Origin: Eledone cirrhosa
Taxonomy: Eukaryota
Reading direction: 5' to 3'
Length of the DNA stretch: 64,000 nucleotides
Assembly: GCA_964016885.1 (NCBI GenBank)
Contig: OZ024741.1
Span: 375,844,001 to 375,908,000, forward strand
Part shown: positions 1-12,270 of the stretch, piece after piece
How positions within the stretch are numbered: position 1 is the stretch's first letter
Layout: the number at the start of each line of letters is the position of its first letter
The notes under the pieces: model-generated
Databases searched by the model: none
Seen by the model: only the letters and a program-made list of their open reading frames with translations
What the model was told of the DNA's origin: nothing
Made by a program: the position numbers and the translations under genes

Positions 1-140
1 ATTCCCAGCCCGAGTAATGAGTTATGTCCTTGAGCAAGACACTTTTTTTCACGTTGCTCCTTTTGCCTGGATTTGCGACCGATAGATAGTATTAGCAATT
101 AGAAAGACCAATGGAACCATTGCTTCCTCGGTCCGATTGG
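1..140 (+). mobile_element. tRNA-derived SINE (family B), 5'-truncated by window edge
   Basis: Matches the copy at 37134-37352 (gttatgtccttgagcaagacact...ttcacgttgctcc...gcgaccgatagatagtattagcaatt...cctcggtccgatt). Confidence 0.75.
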
Positions 141-468
141 ACGTGCTCCACTCCACTCGTTAAGCGAATGAGGTCGAGGATCTTGTCGATCGACTGTCGA
201 TTCAAAATATTCATCCAATCATTCAAAATTTAACTATTTACCTTAAGGCTCCTCGTACAAATGGGAGGATAATTTAGTGACAATTCCAGATTCGCCGTAT
301 TTCGTATTTCAAATCTTGATATTTTTTCCCCATTTTCTCACACTCTTTGTCTACCACTCTAGTAACAAATGAGCAAGCAACACATTCCTCATTATTCAGT
401 ATAACAATATCTGGACATGAACGTGAATATTTCATTTACTTATCTATTTGAATCTTTATGTGCCATAA

Positions 469-670
469 TACGAGAATAGGCTGAAAGGTTCATAGTCTGA
501 CTATGAAGGAGTGATGCTAAAGATGTGAAATCTTGCATGCATTAATTTCAACTGTTCTTATCAATAACTGCATTGTTTCTTTCCAGGTACTATGTTGAAA
601 AATAAACCTCATTTGCTCATTCCATGAGAGTATCTTGGTCAGCCTACGAACTTTTCAGCCGACCCTCGTG
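469..670. mobile_element. Tc1/mariner-type MITE
   Basis: Imperfect ~33-bp terminal inverted repeats: tacgagaataggctgaaaggttcatagtctgac / gtcagcctacgaacttttcagccgaccctcgt. Begins with TA. No ORF. Confidence 0.65.
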
Positions 671-789
671 AATTTACATCATTGTTTTCAAGGATACAGT
701 CTGGTTTCTGGTCATACGATTTCACATGTTCAATAAATTAATAACAATGTAATTGCCTAATAGGAATGAATTAAGGATAATTAAGGATC

Positions 790-1222
790 CTCACAGATCC
801 GAGATCGCACCGATCACCAAGGGCACCATAGGGAAGTACTCCACTCTCTTCTATTCATTTCAGCTTACAGGCAAATGCTTAGAGTTGGCCAATTCCCTCG
901 GGCTATTCCCGCTAGGTTCACTCATTTTTATGCAGAGGATCAGCAATTCCTTCCTCACCCACACTTTCCTTTCCAAGTGCAACTTGAAAATGCCAATGAG
1001 GGCCAGGTAGAAGAATGTATCTATCTTCAGTCCTTTCAGCTACGTCCATCACAAAACCTCTTTCGCTATAACCACGAGACAGCGAAAAGTTCGCTGCTTT
1101 TCCCGATAAAAAGAAGGCGGTGAGGTGACCTTCATGATAGAGGCAATCGATATCCAGACTCGTCCTACACATGACAACCGTTGTTTGACAAAACTTCACA
1201 AGTTTGGAATACACGGACACAG
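790..1222 (-). mobile_element. Tx1-like LINE 3' fragment (ORF2 C-terminus and 3'UTR)
   Basis: Homologous to 1750-2110 of the adjacent element (e.g. ctttccaagtgcaacttgaaaa, cttcagtcctttca, ctttcgcta). Confidence 0.75.
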
Positions 1223-1445
1223 TGTTAAGTTTCAGGTTAAGGTTAGCTTTAGCTTTAGGGTTAGGTTTAGGCTTAGAGTTAGTATTAGTATTAGGCAAGG
1301 GCTAGATTTAGTGTGAGATTTAGAGTTAGCATTAGAAATCGGGTTTGGGTTATGTTTATGTTTAGGGTTGGTATTAGGGTTAGTGTTATGGCTATGGTTT
1401 GATACAGAGTTAAGTTTAAATTTAGGATAGGTTAGGGCTAGGCTT
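1223..1445 (+). repeat. Degenerate TTAGGG-like hexamer array
   Basis: About 35 6-bp units: ttaagg, ttagct, ttaggg, ttaggt, ttaggc, ttagag, ttagta, ttgggt. Confidence 0.7.
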
Positions 1446-1742
1446 TATATATATATATATATATATATAATAATTATTATTTCATTTATTGGCCACAAGG
1501 GCCGACATATAGGGGACAATACAAAAGACTGGGACAGTGGGGTTTTACAGAAAAATCGAGTAAACAATATGAATAACAATAACAAAGTAACAATAAAGTA
1601 ACAATAAAATTACAACAAGAAAAATTCCCCAATAGGGGGGATGACCACCTAGGGTTCGCTCAGGTACCCCACCAGTCCTGAACGACCCAACGCTTCGAGA
1701 GCACCCTGGAAGGGCACCCCTCTCCTCTTCAAATTTACCTAC

Positions 1743-4700
1743 CTACAGCCGCATGACCAGAGGAGGCCCACTTACACGGGCCATTCTCGCCACATTCACC
1801 CACCTTTCAGCAAATGTACTGGGGGGCAGCACTTCTCTCTCCACCCTCACCTTCCTTTCCAAGTGAAACTTGAAAAAGTTGATGAGGGATTGGCCGAAGA
1901 GAAAAGTGTCTGTCTTCAGTCCTTTCAACCTCGTCCACCATACAACCTCTTTCGCTACTGCCACCAGACAGAAGAAAATTGCCTGCCCTTCCTGGCCAAA
2001 AGAGGCGGCGGGTCAATCTTCACTATGGACTCGGCCGATAGCCGGATCCGTTCTACACGCGACAACAGCTGTTCAACATAACTCCACAAGTCAGTAATGC
2101 ACGGACACTGGACGAGTGCGTGCAGAACCGTTTCGTCGCTCTGCGCGCATCTCGGTCAGGTCTGAAAGCACTTCCGTGCCTGTAGAGTTTATCTCGAACC
2201 GGCAGTGCCCCACGGTAGCACTGCCAAGCGAGGGATTTTGGAAATCATCCATCGACCCGGCTCGAAAGTCCTCCGGTACAGACTGGTTAGTTCGACTTCG
2301 TTGACTCCCAGAGCTTCCCCGAGTGCGTCGTAGCACTTGCCCACCACTAATCCTCTATAGAACTCGAGAATGGAAGTTCCACTGACCGCATTGCCCGCCC
2401 GGTAGAGGGCAGTGAGTGCCTGGCAACATTCCAGATGCCAGTCACCCAGTCTCGGTCTCTTCTTGACCCAGGACTGCAGCTCAGTCAAAGAAACGAGCTG
2501 CGGAAAGGCCCGTCTGACAAACGGCGACCACACCTGTTCACCGTTTAGGCAGAATATCTGGAGATGCCGCAGCCTCAGTGCGTGCCTGCGCATCATTGGC
2601 CACGGCATGCCCAGCCCTCCACGTAGAGGGTGTTGGCAGCAGATGGACCACATCACCAGCGGAACCCGACCCCTCCACAAGAATTTGAAGAGGAGCCGCT
2701 CCAAGATGGCGAGGCGCGAACGGGGGCAAGGGACGACGGTCAGACGGTAGTAGATGACAGACGCGATGTACGCGTTCGCCACCTCCGCCCGACCTTTCAG
2801 TGATAGCTTCATTCCAGCCCATTTCTGCGTGAGACTGGCTACCCTGCCCGTCACCTCGACCCAATTCTTATCCACCTGGAGGTCTGGCCCGAACCAAACC
2901 CCTAGCAACTTTACCGGTCCGTCCGTCCAGCGCCTAACGACGCTGTTGGACGGCATGGAATTGCCTCTCCAGGTGCCGAGTTGCAAGCCCACTGACTTTT
3001 CCGGGTTAAGTTTTGCTTCCGTCAACCTTTCATATTCCTCCAATAAGTTGCCGACCACCTCGATTTCTGAGGTGTCCGACACCATCACGGTGATGTCGTC
3101 CGCATAAGCCGACACAGCCTTTCCGCGTCCCGGTTCGAGCGGGATGCCCTGCAACAGCTCCAGCTTCCGCAGTAAAGGCTCGAAAGTCAATACGTACAGA
3201 AGGGAGGAGAGAGGGCACCCTTGACGGACCGATCGGGAGACCTGAAACGGTTCCGAGAGGTGGCCATTAATTTTGACAATCGAGCAGGTGCCGCTGTGCA
3301 TTGCAGCGATCCAGCTTCTGAAGACGGGGCCGAAGCCAGCCGCCTTGAGGACAGCCTCCAAGTACCGATGGTCGACCCTATCGAATGCTTTCGATTGATC
3401 TAAATTGATCAGAGCCCCACCGAAGCCAGGTTTACACCCTACCCTCTCTATGATGTATCGCATTAGGTGGAGGTTGTCGTGTATGGACCTGGTTGGGATT
3501 GCGCATGTTTATGCCTCCCCAACCAAATCCCCGACAAGCGCCAACCTCTTCGCTAACACCCTGGCCAGAATCTTAAACTCTGTGTTGAGCAGAGTTATGG
3601 GCCTGAAATTGTCTAATGTGTCCCTCTTGTTCTCGTCTTTCCTTATCAGCGTCACTACGCCCCGGCTCACAGAACTGGGAATACTCCCGTTTTGCTGCCA
3701 GTTGCAGTAGAGGGCTTCGAGGAGATTGGAGAACAAGTCTGGCATATTTACGTAAAGCTCGTAGGGCAGACCACCAAAACCGGGTGACTTGCGCCTCATG
3801 CAGCCGACAAGGGAATCCTGAATCTCGGCTGAAGTAATTGGCCTTTCGCAGCGCCCAGCGTCAGCCGTCGAGAGCTGCGGCAAGCCATCGAGGTAGGGAC
3901 TGAAGTCCGCCACCATCTCTGACCCGCCACTTCCCCCGAACAACCGAGCAAAATGTTGGCGAAAGGCCTCACACATCCTCTTCGAATCGCTCAGCTCGTG
4001 CCGATCTCGGTCCGTCAAATACCGAATCGTGGTGTTATTACCACGCTGCGCCTCTGCCACGCGGGCCCATCGAACAGCTTGGTTCCCTCGTTTCTCAGAG
4101 CACGCGCCTTAGCTCTGACAATGCAACCTTCATGTTTCGCATTGAAGAAATGGTCTAATGCCATTCTCGTCGCTAGCACGTCAGTTGCAATATCACTACC
4201 AATAGCCTCGTCTAACTTATCTACCAACTCCGCCTCCTTCCTATTTTTCTCTAACGCTACTTCTTTGCTAAACTCTATCGACATTACTTTAATCTCTCTT
4301 TTGAGAGCCCCCTACCATCTATTGTTGACGACTCCCCCTGTCAACTTTTTCTTAACTAAATTGTTGACCTGGTCCCTGTAAGCCTTATGTGCCGGAAATG
4401 ACATGTTTAGCTTCCAGTTACCAGGTCCTAACCTACGCGTCTTATCTAGGTCGACCATACAGATCACAAACTTGTGATCTGAATAGGCGACCATTTCAAA
4501 ACCTGGACAGCTTACACTATTTCTGTCTATTTTCCTAATGAATATCCTGTCTATATACGATCTAGATGACCCTATGCTGTTAGCCCAGGTCCACACTGGC
4601 GCATTAGGGAAATCTAGTCGGTACCTGCCAGACAGTTGGAACTGGCTGATCAGGTTCTTGAGGCTTTTGCACCCTCTGCTCCTATCGGATACTCCCACAC

Positions 4701-5146
4701 AGTCCCAGCGTGCGTCTAAGATGCCGTTCCAGGCCCCCGCTAACAGTAAAGGGCGAGACGTACCCAGAAAGGCTTCCAGGCGTCTAAAGAAGTCCTGCCC
4801 CAGTAGGAGCATAGACGGCCACCAGTCTAAAGGCACCACCTTCATTATTGTTCACGTCCAGGACCACCAACTTCCCGTCCGGGTCCCGGAAGATCGACCT
4901 TACCTCGAGATCCAGGCCTTTCCTAAACAGCACTGCCACCCCGCCTCTCATTCCCGGCCGGATAACAGATGCAAAGATCTGATAGTCGTCGAAAATGGGG
5001 GCTAGTGCGTGTGTGTCGGATATCCTGGTCTCGCTGACTGCAATTACATCCATTTCTATAGACCTGACGTCGTTGAGCAGGTGACTCTGCTACCAGGACG
5101 ATCCCAGGCTTCGAACATTTAAACATCCTACTCTTAATACGGCCAT
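1743..5146 (-). pseudogene. Tx1 ORF2: APE endonuclease plus reverse transcriptase, frameshifted
   Basis: MAVLRVGCLNVRSL; VIAVSET; SYIDRIF; YSDHK; WKLN; KSPG; NFRPITLLNTEFKILA; LDQSKAFDRVDH; VRQGCPLS; AYADD. Split over ORFs 4784-5053, 4312-4845, 4015-4284, 3509-4060, 2189-3463 and 1743-1964. Confidence 0.93.
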
Positions 5147-5210
5147 GTTGGCAGGTTAAAAAGAGATAGAGGAAGGTTTACTTACCTTCTGGGCTCTTGT
5201 GAAGGTCGGG

Positions 5211-7151
5211 TTATTCGACCTCCATAGTTGGTGGGGTTTCTTTTGGGAACCCCTTTAAAAGTCTTGAAGTGGGTTTTACGTTCGGGGTTCCCACGTCCCG
5301 AGGAAAGTTGTCTCGTATTTCTTTGAATATGTCGAGCGACATTCGCACCAGAACCAAATCTTCCGGCACGCGAAATGTGCTCGATTTAAAAATTTCCCCC
5401 TCTTTTTGTATATTTTCACTTCGTGCTACGAGGGCTATCAGTTCCTTGTTGGCCCTCCTGACGAGCACGAAGTTTTGTATGTTTTGTTGGTGTGATTTTA
5501 TTTGTTTGCGTGGCTGTGGTGGTGATGGCTTTGGTGGTGTTGTTTCGGTTGTATCTGTATTTGTTGTGAGTGCGGTGTCTGTGGTTTCAGATGTTTGTGT
5601 GTATATTTGTTCTTGCGTTTGTTTAGGTTGTTTGCGTTTGGGGGATTCTAGTGATGGTGATGGTGGTGTTGATGTTGGTGTTATTGGAGAGATGTTTGTG
5701 TGGGTGGTGTCTGCGTTTTTTATTGGGGGTTATTTTCTGCTTTGTTGAGTTTTTTTTTTCTTTTTGTGTTTTCTTTTTTGTATTTTTGGGGATTTTGGTT
5801 TTCCCTCATTTTCACTACTGGTAGATGAGGGGTCTGTGTCTGTAAGTGTGTCTGTATTTATGTTTATGGTTTTATTGGTGTGTGTATTTTGGGGGGGAGG
5901 GGGAATTTGACAGCTTTCCTCGTTTCCACCCTGTGTGGTCAATGTTGGCGGTGGTCTTTCTATTGGTGTTGTTGTTGGTGGTTTTTCCGGTGCTGGTGTT
6001 GGTTGTGGTCTTCGCCCCGGCGTCGGCAGCAGTGAAGCCTTTCGACCCCTTGTCTCTTTCAGCAGTTGAGGGCAGAAGGCTCGCAAATGGGTTTTTTTCC
6101 CCACAAACAAAACACTGCGACATTTTGCCTTCGGCGGATGTGGTCTGGGATTGTCTTCACATTCTCGGGCCTGATCTGGAGAAGGATCTCCAGGTCAACC
6201 CCGGACGAGTCCTCTCTGGCCGTTCTGGTCACTTCTATAACTTCCATAGGGGCGGTATCCGTCCCCTCCACAATCACACATCCCAGAAGCCACCACATGT
6301 CAAGTCCTGGTGGGATTCTGGGAATGCGGAGACGGGCCGTTCTTTTTCCCATGTGGGAGGGGTACAGTATGACCTTGCTGTATGACCTTGCTGGTTTTGC
6401 AAGGAGTCATAGCGTGTTTCATAGCGAGGGCTTCTGACTTGAACAACACCGAAATGGTACCGTACTGTCTGCCCCTCTCTATGTACTGGGTGTCTTCTCT
6501 GATGCACCTCAGCGCGACTTCGACATCTTGTGGGATTAAAGCTGCCCTTTTGGTTTGTGCTGAGATGCATCTATAATGCACCGATCTGCGCTCCACTGCC
6601 TCAATAGCTTCTACCGGGACAGTTAAGTTGGCTCAGGTTTGCTCTTGCTTGATGAGCTTCCATGCCTGGGCCAACTTTTCATGTTTGTTTGAAAGGTCCA
6701 TGTTGAAGCATGGTCTCTTTTTTGCTGCTGCCGCAGCGAAAGTGTTCTTGTTTTCGTTGGGGGTGTTTTGGTCGTTGTCGTTGTTCTTGTTGGTGTTGTT
6801 GTTAGCACTGTCGCTGTTATCATTGTTGTCTTTGTTGCCACCGTTGTTCTCGGTGCAGTTGGTATTGTTGCTGTTGGTGTTGTCGCTATTTGTTTTCATG
6901 TTAGTGGTGTTGATATTGTTGTTGTATTTGTTATATTTTTTTTGTAATCTGTATTTTCGTTGTCGCTGTTACTGTCATTTTTTTCAAAACTAGAGTTCTC
7001 ATTGGTATCATTGGTGTCTTTGTTTACCTTGTTTGTGGTGGTGTTTGTGTTATCAATGTGTGTTAATTTCGCTGTAGCGCTCCTCTCAACTTCTACGTCG
7101 TTGTCGCACGACAGCCGACATATCGCTGGGGAGGGGGCATGGCTCAGCCAT
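5211..7151 (-). pseudogene. Tx1 ORF1 (gag-like, CCHC zinc knuckle, N/T/P-rich linkers), frameshifted
   Basis: CFVCGxKTHLRAFC (Cx2Cx4Hx4C) across ORFs 5872-6123 and 5730-6110; TFAAAAAK motif; lies directly upstream of ORF2. Confidence 0.8.
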
Positions 7152-7377
7152 GTTTTTTTTTCTTCGTAAATTTTTTAACATGTAAAAAAAAGTTCAAATA
7201 TTTGGGCCAAAAGGCCCAAATATTATACTTTCCCCTTCACGGGTCAAAGTCTAAGGGCTTATATCCCTTACACAACAAGAAATATTTAACAACAAATAAT
7301 TTAAACAGGCAAATAAAGCGACTTACTGTGAGCGAGCAAAATACGTCCGCTTAGACCAATAATAATAATAATAATAA

Positions 7378-7560
7378 TTGTTTCTACTTTAGGCACAAGG
7401 CCACCAAATACCCAGTACATTACTGGTACTTTATTTTATCGACCCCGTAAGGATGAAAGGCAAAGTTAACCTCGGCGGGATTTGAACTCAGAATGACAAG
7501 GGCCGTAACTCTATGCGTCAAAACATGGCGTCCGACCCTCTACCGATATGGCCAACCCAA
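7378..7560 (-). mobile_element. tRNA-derived SINE (family A)
   Basis: Reverse complement shows B box GAGTTCAAATCCC, core GCCTTTCATCCTTACGGGGTCGATAAAATAAAGTACCAG and tail GCCTTGTGCCTAAAGTAGAAACAATTATT. Confidence 0.88.
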
Positions 7561-7569
7561 ATAATAATA

Positions 7570-8845
7570 GTGACATCAAGAACAAAAAAAATGAAGGAAT
7601 TGATAAGATCTGAGTACATAAGGAGAGTAAGGGGCGTATTAAAAACACATCTAAATAGTAGGAATGTCATAAGTGCAGTAAATTCCCGAACTATGTCTAT
7701 TATTAGGTACAGTGCGGGAATTCTGAAATGGAACAAAAAGAAATGGATAGGAAAACTAGGAAGCTATTGATCTAACTACAATATGTTCTACAAGAGGAGT
7801 GATGTCGATAGACCCTACTTAAGGAGATCTGAAAGTGGAAGAGGTCTTATCAGCTTAGAGGACTGTGTTCAGATGGAGAAAAAACAACCTGCACAAATAT
7901 GCGACTGACAGTAGGGAGCCAATGCTCAATATTGTACTGAAGGAAAAGACAATAAACCAGGGGATGTCCAAGGAGGAAATAACAACAAGGAGGAAGAGCA
8001 ACCTTCATGAAAAATCCCTTCATAGCACCTTCTTTAAGAAAACGGAATTAGAGATCCACAGACATGGAACTGGTTAAAAAGAGGAGACCTTAAAAAGCTA
8101 CAGAAGGAATGCTAATGGCTGCGCAAGAGCAAGCCCTCAGAACGAAGTGGGTGAAACACCATATTGACAATGAGGAGGCTAGCCCACTGTGTAGGATCTG
8201 TGGAGAGAGAGAGGAGACTGTGGCTCACATTATATCCGAGTGTAAACACGTAGCCCAGACTCACTATAAAGGCTGGAGACATGATGTGATAGGCAGGTTG
8301 ATCCACTGGCATCTATGCAAAGTAAACAATTTACCACATTCTGAGAAGTGGTATAAGCCAGAGTCGGTGATAGAAAACGATCAGGTGAAGGTGCTATGGG
8401 ATTTTAGGATACAGACGGACAAGAAATTAGAACACAATAGGCCTGACCTGGTGGTTTTGGACAAGGAAAACAGATCATGCCTGATTGTAGATGTAGCATG
8501 CCCATTTGACACGAGAGTGCAAGAAAAGGATAAGAGGGAGACAATTAACCGATACCAGGACTTAAAGTGGGAGTTAAAAAGGATTTGGAACTGCCATGAA
8601 ATCAAGGTCGTCCCGATTGTCATAGGCGCACTAGGTACTATCTCAAAGAGTTTCCAAGGATGGTTAAAGAAGATTAGTCCAGCCCCGCTTTTTGGAACAC
8701 TTCAAAGGCATGCTTGCTGGGAACAGCAAGAACCCTCCGAAACGTCCTGAATATCTGAGGCTGCAGCGGTTTGATATTCATTTCAACAAACTTTCCAGTT
8801 AAATAACATCAATGACTGAGACTCAAAGAACAATAATAATAGTAA
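7570..8845 (+). mobile_element. R4/Dong-like RLE non-LTR retrotransposon, 5'-truncated
   Basis: ORF 8109-8750: AAQEQALRT; CRICGEREETVAHIISEC (CCHC); RHD; LWDFRIQTD; RPDLVV...IVDVACP (PD-(D/E)xK nuclease); PIVIGALG. Ends in an (AAT) tail. Confidence 0.9.
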
Positions 8846-8922
8846 TGAATGTATGTCAATACTCGTTTTGAATTGAACGTATGTGGTCTCTTTTACGAGT
8901 ATATCACATTTATATATCTAAT

Positions 8923-8990
8923 ATTTTATTTTGTCTGAAGAAGGCATACTATAACTTAATATCTCTGAAATATATATAACGAAATAAATT
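8923..8990 (+). ncRNA. Minimal type-I hammerhead ribozyme motif
   Basis: ttttattttgt-CTGAAGA-aggcata...tatctct-GAAA-tatat-ATA-acgaaataaa. Stem I pairs for 10 bp and stem III is palindromic. Confidence 0.7.
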
Positions 8991-9622
8991 ATGATGTTAT
9001 AGTGATATATATTCCATTTATTACTAGTACTAGCAGAAAAACCACCATTCGGGTGGTTTTCTGCTGCCATGTGTAGTGTGTATATTGATATTATACGCAA
9101 GTATATATGCATATAGATATGATACATCAAATAAAATCGTAATTGACGATATACACAGAAATTGAACGAAGACTGTGTTACACTGTCTTCTGTAATCAGT
9201 AACGTAATCCATGATACATTAAAAAAAGGCGATATATATAAACTGCATTAGGAGAAAATTAGTGACGGAAATATATGAATGTTTATTTAAGCGATCGCTA
9301 ACCGGAAGTGTTGACATTTGAACATTTTGAAGAAATGAATCTTAAAATAAGCAACGAAATTATTTATATTTAATCAAGAATAAAGAAATTTAGTAGATAA
9401 ATGATGTAATATTCATTCATTATTTATTCAAAGTAATCCAACTTATTTTACAAACGGGATAAAAAAAATATATTCTGGACGCAGTCCCGCACTCCTTACT
9501 TTATTAAAGTTTAGATTATTATAATACTCCAGATAAATTTTACTGTTGAGTGCTTCGTATCAGTTATGAACATAATTCATTTGATTACTTATCAACAAAG
9601 TCTATAACTCATTATTTATTTA

Positions 9623-10158
9623 CGGCGGTGAATTGGCAGTATCGGTAGAGGGTTGGACGCCATGCTTTCTAGCATAGTTACGTCCCTTTACAGTCTGAGT
9701 TCAAATCCCGCCGAGGTTAACTTTGCCTTTCATCCTTACGGGGTCGATAAAATAAAGTACCAGTAATGTACTGGCTAGTTGCTGGCCTTGTGCCTAAAGT
9801 AGAAACAATTATTTATTTACGGCCCAATTTAGGGCAGTGGATTGGCAGTATCAGTAGAGGGTCGGACGCCATGCTTTCCAGCATAGTTACATCCATTTAC
9901 GATCTGAGTTCAAATCCCGTCGAGGTTGACTTTGCCTTTCATGCTTACGGGGTAGATAAAATAAAGTACCAGTAATGCACTGAGTAATTGCTGGCCTTGT
10001 GCCTAAAGTAGAAACAATTATTTATTTACAGCCCTTTATGGTCTGAGTTCAAATCCCGCCGAGGTTAACTTTGCCTTTCATCCTTATGGGGTCGATAAAA
10101 TAAAGTACCAGTAATACACTGGATTATTGCTGGCCTTGTGCCAAAAGTAGAAATAATT
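9623..10158 (+). mobile_element. Three tandem family-A SINE copies (9623-9812, 9835-10022, 10030-10158)
   Basis: Repeated A box (ggcggtgaattggcagtatcggtagag), B box, core and tail. Third copy lacks the head. Confidence 0.88.
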
Positions 10159-10159
10159 A

Positions 10160-10207
<48 letters not shown>

Positions 10208-10244
10208 TATACATATGCACACACATATATATTTATATATATAT

Positions 10245-10283
10245 AAAGTGCGAGAGCCTATCGTATGCAAGTGCGTATATACA

Positions 10284-10325
<42 letters not shown>

Positions 10326-10358
10326 TGTATACTTGCATACGATAGGCTCTCGCACTTT
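10245..10358. repeat. Palindrome centred on (TA)n
   Basis: aagtgcgagagcctatcgtatgcaagt...tatacactta(TA)n taagtgtata-cttgcatacgataggctctcgcactt. Confidence 0.9.
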
Positions 10359-10492
10359 CCGGATACAAAACCCCACCACAAGGTATTGGTCAAATTGAAG
10401 CTATGATAGTTGAACACATGTCCTGTGGGTGCCGCATATTGGAATTTAACACAATTGTCAGATGCACACTAACATTTGTACACACAAACATT

Positions 10493-10535
<43 letters not shown>

Positions 10536-10678
10536 GAAATATTATTTATATTAATAGAAACCAAATTTCCTAAACTAGTATCACTGAGTTAAACGTTTCC
10601 GGAATGTATATCTTATTATTGTAACACACACGCGCACCCCTCCCCCCACACACATACATATATATGCGTGTGAACATA

Positions 10679-11465
10679 TCTATATACATAAATGGCAATT
10701 TCTATCTGTTTGTTTGTGAACCTAAATCTCAAAAACTACCAAACCGATCTAGATGAAACTTGATACGTGTGTGGGGCTCATGCCCATTTGATTTCTTACG
10801 TATATTTCATTTTAATCAAAAGGTTCCCAGGGGTTTCAAACCTTGCTGAGAACCTCCGCTTAATTTTTTCCCTTCGATTTATATGAAATTTAAACCATAG
10901 GTAAATGACAAGATATGATGCCTATTCAGAGCATTTCAATAATATTAAGACACGCTAATGGGGGTTAAACCCCCTATAGTGAAAAATTTGGTCAATAAAT
11001 GGAACAAGATTTCACGAACTCTTCGTATAGTTTTGGAGGTAGACCCCATAACCATATATTCTGAAACTACATTGCTCAGAGTATTGGATAAGTATATTTC
11101 ATTTTAATCAAAGGGTTCCCTAGAGGCAATTTTTTCCCTTCGATTTATATGAAATTTAAACCATAGGTAAATGACAAAATATGATGCCTATTCATAAAAT
11201 TTTAGCAAATTTCAATAATATTAAGACACCCTAATGGGGGTTCTAATTCTTTCCTCACTCAGCTTCTCAACATCTCTGACATTTTTTCACCTGACCAATG
11301 CAATCAACAATATTTGTTTGTATTATTGTTTCGTAAATGAATTTGTCTTCGATTTTGATTATCTGTCCTATATTTTGATTTCATTTTTGGTCTGAGAGGC
11401 ATTGGGTATTTTAATGGGAACTGGGAATATCCCCGCTCCCGGGTATTACCGGGTACCTCAGCTAG
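10679..11465 (+). mobile_element. Non-autonomous Helitron
   Basis: a|TCTATATACATAAA 5' end; 3' hairpin cccgggtattaccggg then CTAG|t; internal ~150-bp direct duplication (about 10800-10965 and 11093-11242). Confidence 0.8.
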
Positions 11466-11619
11466 TGTATATATATTCTGAAGCTACACCAACATATTTG
11501 TGTATATACACATATAACAATAGAGGAAATACTAAACATTTTTGCACATGGATTTGTGAATATGACGAAATATATGTCCTAGATTCCCACAATAGATGTG
11601 TGTGTATGTCTGTGAGTGT

Positions 11620-11925
11620 GTGGGTGCTCCGTCAACTGCAACTACGAGTGTTCCGGTTATTCGATCAACACAGAACACTTCTGAAGTTAACGTGCCAAAG
11701 ACACGTGTACATATAACGCAATCATCTGGGAGATTCAGTGTAACAGGAGATATGACTAGGCTGGCTCTTTGAAGTTTTGGTGCAACTTATTTTATCCAGA
11801 TCAATAGATTATTACAATATAAAATAACATATCTTGTTCAAGAACAAACGCGCCACCAGGAAACGAGCTCACGAACCTACGGACGTAAGCAGAACGCCTT
11901 AAACCCTAAGTTACGCAACTTCACA
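11620..11925 (-). mobile_element. Degenerate tRNA-derived SINE
   Basis: Minus strand gtgaagttgcgtaacttagggtttaaggcg...gagctcgtttcctgg...cttgaacaagata resembles the family-B head. Confidence 0.5.
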
Positions 11926-12121
11926 CTCTATAGATACACAGTGAGACAGTAGAATTTAAGGAAACTCGTGATAATCTACATCAGGACATATTGAGTACAA
12001 TTAACACACTACATGGGAAGCGTTATGTGTTCGCCCGTTCGACTATAAAAGGCAGCAAAATACTATTGAAATCACACCTTACAGTTTTGAAAAATATATA
12101 AGAAAGAACATATCTGAAGAG

Positions 12122-12270
12122 GAGGCGGCGAAATGGCATAGTTATTAGAACGTCGGATAGAATGCTTTTGCGGTATTTGTTTCGGCTCACTGCTCTCAGA
12201 GTTCAAATCCCACCGAAGTGAACTTTGCCTTTCATCCATTCAAGATACAAGTCTAGTACTGGGGTCGATT
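12122..12270 (+). mobile_element. Family-A SINE, diverged
   Basis: ggcggcgaaatggcatag...gagttcaaatcccaccgaagtgaactttgcctttcatcc. Confidence 0.75.

Larger units (their letters stand above)
1478..7358 (-). mobile_element. Near full-length Tx1-like (L1 group) LINE, decayed
   Basis: 5'UTR, ORF1, ORF2 (APE-RT-C-terminal domain), and 3'UTR with AATAAA (plus-strand tttatt 1485-1490) ending in an (AAT)/(AT) tail. Confidence 0.92.

Noticed and set aside
5269-6993. Plus-strand hydrophobic V/L/C-rich ORFs
   Set aside because: Antisense shadows of the AC-rich Tx1 ORF1.
12114-12140. CTGAAGA...GAAA hammerhead-like match
   Set aside because: No stem I or II pairing; arises by chance at a SINE 5' junction.
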